A stretch of 18,529 bases of DNA from a virus. Its lineage: Duplodnaviria; Heunggongvirae; Uroviricota; Caudoviricetes. This document shows, piece after piece, positions 6,903-13,816 of the stretch (position 1 is the first letter of the stretch; every line of letters starts with the position of its first letter). The notes beneath the pieces are model-generated. The model made no database searches and was not told the origin of the DNA. It saw nothing but the letters and a program-made list of their open reading frames with translations. The DNA is taken from positions 78,208 to 96,736 of IMG/VR virus record IMGVR_UViG_3300042869_000717. The stretch is one strand, 5' to 3'. A program made the translations under genes and the position numbers.

Positions 6903-8918
6903 TTATTTTCCTTTTTTCTGAATTGTGATGTCCTCACCCTTCATTTTGATTTGGTAGGATTTACCCTCAACCATTTTACCGGTTAATACTTCTTCGGATA
7001 ACAAATCCTCAATTTTGTCTTGGATTGCTCTCTTCAATGGTCTTGCACCATATACTTCATCGTATCCAATTTTAGATAGGTATTTAACAACCTCATCATC
7101 GTAGGTTACGGTGTATTTCATCTCACCAAGACGAGTCATTAATTTCTTTAACTCAATATCGGTGATTTTATCGATATCTTCAGGAGTTAATGAATTAAAG
7201 ACAATAGTGTCATCAATACGGTTAATGAACTCAGGAGAAAAGAAATTCTTCATCTCTTTCATCAAGATTTCTTTCTTAGCTTCTTCGTCGGCGTAAGAGT
7301 TATTAGAGAATCCAATACCAGTACCGAAGTCTTGTAATTTCTTAACACCTAAGTTAGATGTAAGGATGATTAAGGTATTCTTGAAGTTAATCTTTCTACC
7401 TAAACTATCGGTTACGTGTCCATCATCTAATATTTGAAGTAATACCGTGAAAACATCTTTGTGAGCTTTTTCAACCTCATCAAATAAGATTACAGAATAT
7501 GGTTTGTTTTTAACTTTCTCAGTTAATAAACCTCCTTCTTCGTAACCAACATATCCCGGAGGTGCTCCAACCAATTTAGAGATGGTGTGTTTCTCTTGGT
7601 ATTCTGACATATCCACACGGATAAGTGAATCTTCTGTTCCAAACATCTCTTTAGCTAATTGTTTGGCCAAGTGAGTTTTACCAACACCGGTTGAACCTAA
7701 GAAAATAAATGAACCAATAGGTCTGTTAGGGTCTTTAATACCTAAACGGTTTCTCTTGATTGATTTTGCAATCTTAACAACAGCAGCATCCTGACCAATC
7801 ACTTTACCCATGATTGATTTATCTAAATTCATCAACGCTTTGGAATCATCAGCATCCATTTTACTCACAGGGATTTTAGTCATACTTGACACAACTTGAT
7901 ATACGGTTTCAAGAACAATAGTTTGTTTCTCCAAATCCATTTGTTTTGCAAACTTATCTTTTTCCGCCTCAAGTTTAATCAATAACTTTTTCTCCTTATC
8001 TCTAAGTTGTGCTGCTTGTTCGTAGTTTTGTTTTTTAACCACTTCCATTTTTTCAATCTTAATCTCAGCGGCTTTCTTTTTTAATTCCTCAATAACATCA
8101 GGAACTTTAATCTCGGTTTGCATACGAGCACCAACCTCATCTAAGATGTCAAATGCTTTATCCGGGAACTCACGGTCGGTGATGTAACGGTCAGCCAACT
8201 TAACACAAGTTTCCACAACTTCGTCACTATACAACACTTTGTGGTATGATTCGTATTTATCACGAACATTCTTAAGGATTTCGATTGTTTCTTCAACTGT
8301 GGATGGCTCCACAATTACTTTTTGGAATCTTCTTTCCAAGGCTCCGTCTTTCTCAATGTTCTTACGGAACTCATCAAGAGTTGTCGCACCAATACATTGA
8401 ACCTCTCCACGGGCAAGTGCCGGTTTGAAGATGTTTGAACCATCCATTGAACCTGAAGAATTACCGGAACCAACCAATGTGTGAATCTCATCGATAAACA
8501 CAATGATATTTGGATTAGCACTAAGTTCCTCGATAATCACTTTCATTCTTTCCTCAAATTGTCCACGATACTTTGTACCAGCAACAACTGAAGTTAAATC
8601 AAGGTTCACGATTCTTTTGTCCACTAAGTTTCTTGGACATTCTCCACTCACAATTTTCATAGCCAAACCTTCAACCAATGCGGTTTTACCACATCCGGGT
8701 TCACCTATGATAATAGGGTTATTCTTTTTTCTACGAGAAAGGATTTGTGCGATTCTCAAAATCTCGGCATCTCTACCAATAACCGGGTCTAATTTACCCG
8801 CCTCAGCTAGTTTATTTAAATCTCTACTGAAGTTGTCTAATACAGGTGTGTTTGTATCCATAGCTTGTTTTTGTGCTTTGTTCCCTGATTTGTCGTTGTC
8901 GTCCATTAAGTCGTTCAT
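6903..8918 (-). CDS. clpC: ClpC-type AAA+ unfoldase lacking the N-terminal Clp-repeat domain
   Basis: Two AAA+ modules (GEPGCGKT/FIDEIH and GSTGVGKT/LFDEVEKAH), pore loops KYRG and GYVG, a short UVR-type middle domain (KQNYEQAAQLRD) and the ClpP-docking loop GIGF (7308-7319). ATG 8918 preferred over the track's TTG 8951. Confidence 0.9.
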   Translation of the reverse strand: MNDLMDDNDKSGNKAQKQAMDTNTPVLDNFSRDLNKLAEAGKLDPVIGRDAEILRIAQILSRRKKNNPIIIGEPGCGKTALVEGLAMKIVSGECPRNLVDKRIVNLDLTSVVAGTKYRGQFEERMKVIIEELSANPNIIVFIDEIHTLVGSGNSSGSMDGSNIFKPALARGEVQCIGATTLDEFRKNIEKDGALERRFQKVIVEPSTVEETIEILKNVRDKYESYHKVLYSDEVVETCVKLADRYITDREFPDKAFDILDEVGARMQTEIKVPDVIEELKKKAAEIKIEKMEVVKKQNYEQAAQLRDKEKKLLIKLEAEKDKFAKQMDLEKQTIVLETVYQVVSSMTKIPVSKMDADDSKALMNLDKSIMGKVIGQDAAVVKIAKSIKRNRLGIKDPNRPIGSFIFLGSTGVGKTHLAKQLAKEMFGTEDSLIRVDMSEYQEKHTISKLVGAPPGYVGYEEGGLLTEKVKNKPYSVILFDEVEKAHKDVFTVLLQILDDGHVTDSLGRKINFKNTLIILTSNLGVKKLQDFGTGIGFSNNSYADEEAKKEILMKEMKNFFSPEFINRIDDTIVFNSLTPEDIDKITDIELKKLMTRLGEMKYTVTYDDEVVKYLSKIGYDEVYGARPLKRAIQDKIEDLLSEEVLTGKMVEGKSYQIKMKGEDITIQKKGK

Positions 8919-8975
8919 AGTTTCTAATTTTATTTTACAAAGGTGTATCAAATTTTATTCTTATCCTAATTTTTA

Positions 8976-9017
8976 GACAAATTGTCAGTAAGTTTTTTTT
9001 AACCTGACATATTGACA
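8976..9017. promoter_or_regulatory. Operator-like TGACA/TGTCA repeats in the divergent clpC/UVR intergenic region
   Basis: GACAA-A-TTGTC (8976-8986), TGTCAG-N15-CTGACA (8983-9009) and the direct repeat TGACATA x2 (9005, 9013). Confidence 0.45.
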
Positions 9018-9040
9018 TATTTTTTGGTTTGGTATATTAT
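9012..9040 (+). promoter_or_regulatory. Sigma70-like promoter upstream of the UVR gene
   Basis: TTGACA (9012-9017), N17, TATTAT (9035-9040). Could be chance in AT-rich DNA. Confidence 0.4.
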
Positions 9041-9050
9041 TTGAATAATA

Positions 9051-9058
9051 CAAAGGTA
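9051..9058 (-). promoter_or_regulatory. Bacteroidota-type -7 element oriented toward clpC
   Basis: TACCTTTG on the minus strand, the same octamer as in the peptidase promoter; no exact -33. Confidence 0.5.
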
Positions 9059-9088
9059 TAAAATAAATTTGAATTAAAAAATAAAATT

Positions 9089-9469
9089 ATGTTTGGAAAC
9101 AGAAAAAATTTTAATGACATTTTGAGAGAATTTGATAATATGTTCTCTCAGTTTGATTCTTCTCAGTTAGGGGAATGGAAATCAGAAACAAGAGTATCTG
9201 AAGATGGTACGATAAAAGTGACTTCATTCTATAGAAGTTCAGAACCAAAAACACCTAAAGGTAGTAATGGTTTAAAACGACAACTTGAGTTGGCAATCGA
9301 AAATGAAGACTTTGAGAAAGCGGTTGAGATTAGAGACCAAATCAGAAAAATGGAAACTAATCAAGAATCTATCTCTAAACTTGAAGAAGAATTAAAACAA
9401 TCAATTAAAGACCATAACTTTGAACGGTCAATTGAAATTCGTGATGAATTAAAAAAATTAAAACTTTAA
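9089..9469 (+). CDS. Tandem UVR (UvrB/UvrC motif) protein, McsA-like C-terminus; candidate Clp adaptor
   Basis: Two UVR repeats, LKRQLELAIENEDFEKAVEIRDQI and LEEELKQSIKDHNFERSIEIRDEL. No Cys, so no McsA zinc fingers. Confidence 0.8.
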   Translation: MFGNRKNFNDILREFDNMFSQFDSSQLGEWKSETRVSEDGTIKVTSFYRSSEPKTPKGSNGLKRQLELAIENEDFEKAVEIRDQIRKMETNQESISKLEEELKQSIKDHNFERSIEIRDELKKLKL

Positions 9470-9473
9470 AATC

Positions 9474-9499
9474 AAACCCCACCCTCACCGGTGGGGTTT
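9474..9499 (+). terminator. Intrinsic terminator after the UVR gene
   Basis: AAACCCCACC-CTCACC-GGTGGGGTTT, perfect 10-bp stem. Confidence 0.75.
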
Positions 9500-9517
9500 C
9501 TTATTCTAATATACACC

Positions 9518-9527
9518 ATATTTATTA
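9518..9527 (+). promoter_or_regulatory. TATTTAT motif, putative late promoter
   Basis: ATATTTATTA 2 nt before ATG 9530, just after a terminator. Confidence 0.55.
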
Positions 9528-9529
9528 AT

Positions 9530-9862
9530 ATGAAACCATTTGAAAAATTTTTAAATAGTAGCGTTGGTTTACAACGATTAAGTGAATTATATCTTGAAAT
9601 TAGACAATATTTTCAATCTCAAGGATGGAGTGAAAAAGATTTAGAAAAACCACCGTATTACGAAAATCGTTTAATGAAATTATATCATAATTTTGGTGAT
9701 GAACAAAAAGCTTTATTTCAACAGGTAAAAGACTTAGGTTTTGATGTAGATTGGAATGACTTCACTAGTTATTTAACACCTATATTACAAAACATAAACG
9801 AACTAACACCACTAAGCGATGGGGATTACGAGAGAGGAAATCAAGGGGACGAAGATTATTAA
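9530..9862 (+). CDS. Hypothetical protein (110 aa)
   Basis: Start reassigned from GTG 9491 (inside the terminator) to ATG 9530 (MKPFEKFLNSS); overlaps the KTSC gene by 44 nt. Confidence 0.75.
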   Translation: MKPFEKFLNSSVGLQRLSELYLEIRQYFQSQGWSEKDLEKPPYYENRLMKLYHNFGDEQKALFQQVKDLGFDVDWNDFTSYLTPILQNINELTPLSDGDYERGNQGDEDY

Positions 9863-10061
9863 TGAAATTAAATCGTCAAACATTAAAAGAACAGAATACG
9901 ATACTGAAACAAAAAAATTAGTTGTTGAATTTAACAATGGATTGAAGTATGAGTATGATGAAGTTCCACACCAAACATACACTAAATTTAGGGCTGCAGA
10001 ATCCCAAGGAAAATTTTTTGTAACAGAAATATCAAAAGCCTACAAGTATAAGAAAGCGTAG
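9819..10061 (+). CDS. KTSC domain protein
   Basis: IKSSNIKRTEYD...LVVEFNNGLKYEYDEVP...FRAAESQGKFF...I...Y matches the KTSC pattern (SS.I...YD...L.V.F..G..Y.Y..VP......A.S.G.YF). Confidence 0.88.
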   Translation: MGITREEIKGTKIINEIKSSNIKRTEYDTETKKLVVEFNNGLKYEYDEVPHQTYTKFRAAESQGKFFVTEISKAYKYKKA

Positions 10062-10070
10062 TATTTATAA
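10061..10070 (+). promoter_or_regulatory. TATTTAT motif, putative late promoter
   Basis: GTATTTATAA 2 nt before ATG 10073. Confidence 0.55.
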
Positions 10071-10072
10071 TA

Positions 10073-10804
10073 ATGAGTAAATTCCAACAAATACTTAATA
10101 GTTTTTCTATTAAAGAAACCCTTAACCCAAAAGTATGGGAAAATCCGGATAACCCGAAGAAGGCGACTATGATTCCTAAGGTTAAAGAAGCCCTTGAGCG
10201 TATCGCCGAAGAGTTTGTAGATTATTTGGGTGATAATGTATTTGTTGAAGATGTCGTTCTAACCGGTTCATTATCAAATTTTAATTGGTCTGAATTTTCA
10301 GATTTTGATTTACATGTTATTGTGGATATGGATGAATACGGAGACGAGGATGAATTATACAAAGAACTTTTCAATTTAAAAAAACAACTTTTTAATATAA
10401 ATCATAACATTAAAATCTTTGGTTATGATGTGGAATTATATGCTCAAGACGCCGAAGAACCCCATATTAGTTCAGGAGTATACTCTATTATGAATAATGA
10501 ATGGATTAATGTTCCAAAAAAAACAAATTTAGAAATAAATAAAAAAGCTCTTGAAGATAAAATCAAAAATTGGACTGAGAAAATTGATACTTCCGTTGAG
10601 AATGGGGACATTAAAATTCTTGAATCAATTAAAGATAAATTAAAAAAATATCGTCAATCAGGATTGGATGATGGCGGAGAACTATCTTACGAAAATTTAG
10701 TGTTTAAATACCTAAGAAGGTCAGGACATGTTAAAAAATTATTCGATTCGATTAATAAAGGGACAGATAAAAAACTATCTATTGAAAGAAAAATTGAGGA
10801 TTAG
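10073..10804 (+). CDS. DNA polymerase beta-superfamily nucleotidyltransferase
   Basis: hGS-x9-DhDh signature (VLTGSLSNFNWSEFSDFDLHVIV) and a third acidic residue in YDVELY. Substrate unknown. Confidence 0.85.
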   Translation: MSKFQQILNSFSIKETLNPKVWENPDNPKKATMIPKVKEALERIAEEFVDYLGDNVFVEDVVLTGSLSNFNWSEFSDFDLHVIVDMDEYGDEDELYKELFNLKKQLFNINHNIKIFGYDVELYAQDAEEPHISSGVYSIMNNEWINVPKKTNLEINKKALEDKIKNWTEKIDTSVENGDIKILESIKDKLKKYRQSGLDDGGELSYENLVFKYLRRSGHVKKLFDSINKGTDKKLSIERKIED

Positions 10805-10836
10805 GTACTAAATTTTCAATAATTGTTAATATTCAT

Positions 10837-10849
10837 ATATTTATAAATA
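10837..10849 (+). promoter_or_regulatory. Palindromic TATTTATAAATA; contains both TATTTAT and the T4 late consensus TATAAATA
   Basis: 12-bp palindrome 10838-10849 upstream of ATG 10858. Confidence 0.55.
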
Positions 10850-10857
10850 AAAAAAAA

Positions 10858-11064
10858 ATGGCGGAAATTAGTGTTAATTCTCAATATGAGTACTCAGTTG
10901 GTATATTAGGTAATTTTAGTGGCGGGTCTATTAATGTTGGAGGGCCAGCAAATGGAGTTGCACCACATCCAGTTGCTATGTCGACATCAACAGGTCTTAC
11001 AGGGAATACCGTAACCGATTTGAGTGCAATCGCTCTTGGAGGTTTTAACGGACTAAATAATTAA
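10858..11064 (+). CDS. Small Gly/Asn-rich protein (68 aa), possibly structural
   Basis: ORF track; first gene of the run leading to terminase and portal. Confidence 0.7.
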   Translation: MAEISVNSQYEYSVGILGNFSGGSINVGGPANGVAPHPVAMSTSTGLTGNTVTDLSAIALGGFNGLNN

Positions 11065-11087
11065 AAACAAAAACAAATTAATATACG

Positions 11088-12596
11088 ATGGGAAATTTAA
11101 AACCAATTGGTAGTGAAAAACTAACAGGGGACCAAAAACTAAAAAGAATAATGGAAATTGCTCGTTTTAACGAAGTAATACCAAACCGTATAAATGAAAC
11201 TGCGAAATCAGAATATTCTATTGGTCTTGCAGATGGTAATAAATATGAAATTGTTAAAGAGAGACAAGGGTATATTATTAAAAAAACAATTTCAGAATCT
11301 GAAACTGATTATATTGAGCCGATGAAAAATAGAAAATACTATTCTTCATATTCTCAAGCATTCAAAAGGTTAAATCTTGTTGCGGGTGAGTTAAATCGAC
11401 TTAATGAAAATGAAGAAGGTTTGTCTCTTTATGGTGAACAAAAAAAATTCACCTTGAAAACCCCAAAACCTCAAATGGATATGCCGTCACCTGCTGAAAC
11501 CCCTTCTGCACCACCATCGGTTCCGACACCGGAATTACCTCCATCCCCAATGGATGATATAGGTATGGAAGATGATATGGGTATGGAAGATGATATGGGT
11601 ATAGACACTGAAATCGATACTAATGTTGATACGGATATTGAAGATGAGGGTGGTTCTAACGGACAAGTAACTTTTAAAACAATCCAAAAGTTAACAGGTA
11701 AATTAACTCAAAAAATCAGAACATTAGAAAGTGAGGAAGGTTTGACTTCTGAGAATATTAAATATGTTATCAATATGGTACTATCTTCATTTGATTTAAG
11801 TGAATTAAGTGAAGAAGATAGAGAAGATATTTTATCTAAATTTGAAGATGAAACTGAAGATTTAGGTGGAGATGACATGGATGGTGAGGATTTCACTGAT
11901 GATAGTGAAGTTGAAGATATTCAATCTGACATGGACATTCCAATGGAAGGTGAATTGGATGAGTTTTTCTATGATGGTGTTGATATAAATTCTGATGAAA
12001 TAAGTGAACCATATACTCGTAAGTCAAGTAAAGGCAATAAATTTGGTTCATTTGATGATGAGAATTGGTATGACAATGATGATGTTAACTATAGTGGTGA
12101 TTTTGACTTTGATTATGATGAAGAAGAAGTTCATGATTTTCCTTCATTTAAAGAAAAACACGGTGATACTAGATGGTTTGGAAATGGAGACCAAGGTGAA
12201 AAATGGTTTAATAGATATAAACAATTATCAGGGGGAAAACCATTCAAAGTTAGAACTAAAAAACCTAGTTTAGGTAATGGGGCAATCTTTGATAGTATCT
12301 TTGGAGAATCCAAAGTAGATAAAGTATTGTCAAGATATTTTGAAGTTTCTAAAAAAGAAATTGTTGAAAATAGACAGAAAACTGCATCGAAAAAAACAAA
12401 ATCAATTACTGATGTTAGAAGACAAATGAAATCGGTTATTAAATTAACAGAAACTATTGAACAAGAATTAGCTTCTCAAAAATTTTTAGAAGAAAATTCA
12501 TCAGCTAAAATTATTGGGAAAACAAACAAAAATAATTTAATTTTTGAAAATAAAGGAAAAGAAATTAAAATCACACCTGAAGGGTTATTATCATGA
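11088..12596 (+). CDS. Acidic, low-complexity hypothetical protein (502 aa); candidate head core/scaffold-like protein
   Basis: ORF track; Pro-rich linker and long Asp/Glu tracts. Function inferred only from position and composition. Confidence 0.8.
   Translation: MGNLKPIGSEKLTGDQKLKRIMEIARFNEVIPNRINETAKSEYSIGLADGNKYEIVKERQGYIIKKTISESETDYIEPMKNRKYYSSYSQAFKRLNLVAGELNRLNENEEGLSLYGEQKKFTLKTPKPQMDMPSPAETPSAPPSVPTPELPPSPMDDIGMEDDMGMEDDMGIDTEIDTNVDTDIEDEGGSNGQVTFKTIQKLTGKLTQKIRTLESEEGLTSENIKYVINMVLSSFDLSELSEEDREDILSKFEDETEDLGGDDMDGEDFTDDSEVEDIQSDMDIPMEGELDEFFYDGVDINSDEISEPYTRKSSKGNKFGSFDDENWYDNDDVNYSGDFDFDYDEEEVHDFPSFKEKHGDTRWFGNGDQGEKWFNRYKQLSGGKPFKVRTKKPSLGNGAIFDSIFGESKVDKVLSRYFEVSKKEIVENRQKTASKKTKSITDVRRQMKSVIKLTETIEQELASQKFLEENSSAKIIGKTNKNNLIFENKGKEIKITPEGLLS
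11553..11602 (+). repeat. 18-nt intragenic tandem repeat (GGTATGGAAGATGATATG x2 plus partial copies)
   Basis: Encodes DDIGMEDDMGMEDDMGI. Confidence 0.85.
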
Positions 12597-12988
12597 GCTA
12601 TTTGATTTACGTAAATGGTTTAGGTCCTAATTATAAAGGAGACAATCTTTACGAATTCATATTTTCTAATAATTTGGATGTGTGGGGCGAATCGTGGGAC
12701 AATCGTCCATCTAATGGATACCCTCAACCACCTGATTTAAAATATATTAAAAAAGTAGGAGTTTTGAGAGATACTGATGTAAAATTGGAATTGATTCAAA
12801 ACTCCGATTTTTTTTCCATAACAGATGCAATGGATGATGTTATCGCATTAGCCTGGGAATCGGACGATGATAATATCAAAAAAAGAATGGTATTTAGATT
12901 CGGAACTCCGGAACAAGAAATAAAAGACAAACTTTATGAAAAAGATTTGTTATTAGAATTTGAAAAGAAAGTTATTTATGAAAATTAA
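12593..12988 (+). CDS. Hypothetical protein (131 aa)
   Basis: ORF track; ATGA overlap with the upstream gene. Confidence 0.8.
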   Translation: MSYLIYVNGLGPNYKGDNLYEFIFSNNLDVWGESWDNRPSNGYPQPPDLKYIKKVGVLRDTDVKLELIQNSDFFSITDAMDDVIALAWESDDDNIKKRMVFRFGTPEQEIKDKLYEKDLLLEFEKKVIYEN

Positions 12989-13814
12989 TACGAAAGCATT
13001 AGAGCTTATTGAAAAAGGACTATCGTCAAAAACTGTCAGTAATTTAACTGAATCTCAAATTAATGTGTTACACAGTAAGCTTGTGAATGAACAAGTAGTT
13101 CAAAAACAAACTACAAAATACGAGATAGGACCTCAAGGGGGGAGCTTACCTTCAGCACCTAAAGGTTACGCTGTTAAAACAGACCCTGTCACTAAAAAAA
13201 CAATTGCGGTTGCAGCGGAAGGGGAAATTGAAGAAGATGAAACTCTTAATGTCACTAAAGACCCTGATGCGACCGACGATGGAATGGGTATTTTTGAAAC
13301 TGAAAAAACAGGAAAATCAAACCCATGGGCTATTTGTCATGCACAAGTTGGTCCAAAAAAAACAAGAAAATTTGAAAGATGTGTACAATCTGTAAAAAAA
13401 CAGTTGGGGGAAGGAAAAAATGTTGTATCTTTGTTCCTTGAAAATGAAATTATGAAAATAGTAGAGAGAAATTTACCTCCAAGAATTACTAAAGGTGAAC
13501 TTGTTAAATATCTTACAGAGGCCGAAACGGCACCTGCACCAACAAGAGTGAAACCGACAACAAAACCGGGAACAAGACCAAGTCATCCGGGTAAAAATCC
13601 AAACCCTGGTGTTAATCCAGCCCCAAAAGCTAAAGGAGATACTGAAGTTGCACCAACAAGAGTGAAACCGACAACAAAACCGGGAACAAGACCAAGTCAT
13701 CCGGGTAAAAATCCAAACCCTGGTGTTAATCCAGCCCCAAAGGCTAATAGACCTTCTCCGGAAGAAGCTAAAGATAAAATCATGGATGTAATTATGCAAA
13801 TCTTAGAAAAATAA
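12978..13814 (+). CDS. Hypothetical protein with a duplicated Pro-rich repeat (278 aa)
   Basis: Start reassigned from TTG 12960 to ATG 12978 (MKINTKALELIEKG). Confidence 0.8.
   Translation: MKINTKALELIEKGLSSKTVSNLTESQINVLHSKLVNEQVVQKQTTKYEIGPQGGSLPSAPKGYAVKTDPVTKKTIAVAAEGEIEEDETLNVTKDPDATDDGMGIFETEKTGKSNPWAICHAQVGPKKTRKFERCVQSVKKQLGEGKNVVSLFLENEIMKIVERNLPPRITKGELVKYLTEAETAPAPTRVKPTTKPGTRPSHPGKNPNPGVNPAPKAKGDTEVAPTRVKPTTKPGTRPSHPGKNPNPGVNPAPKANRPSPEEAKDKIMDVIMQILEK
13535..13747 (+). repeat. Direct repeat, 2 x 99 bp, period 114 bp, one mismatch
   Basis: 13535-13633 versus 13649-13747; encodes APTRVKPTTKPGTRPSHPGKNPNPGVNPAPKA twice. Confidence 0.95.
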
Positions 13815-13816
13815 TA

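Noticed and set aside
6903-8951. Assignment as ClpB disaggregase
   Set aside because: The middle domain is short and UVR-type, and an IGF ClpP-binding loop is present; ClpB has a long middle domain and no IGF loop.
7111-8976. ORFs 7111..7296(+), 8315..8521(-) and 8503..8976(+)
   Set aside because: Antisense or alternate-frame shadows of the well-supported clpC.
9012-9040. Sigma70-like promoter as evidence against a Bacteroidota host
   Set aside because: It is a single occurrence in AT-rich DNA and its -35 is part of the TGACA repeat array; it is outweighed by four TAnnTTTG sites.
10073-10804. CBASS-type cyclase (CD-NTase) defence system
   Set aside because: Only the generic Pol-beta motif is visible, with no adjacent Cap effector or Cap2/Cap3 genes. 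It cannot be assigned without a structure search.
11553-13747. CRISPR array or transposon ends suggested by the 18-bp and 99-bp repeats
   Set aside because: Both are in-frame coding repeats (periods divisible by 3) with only two full copies, no unique spacers and no cas or transposase genes.
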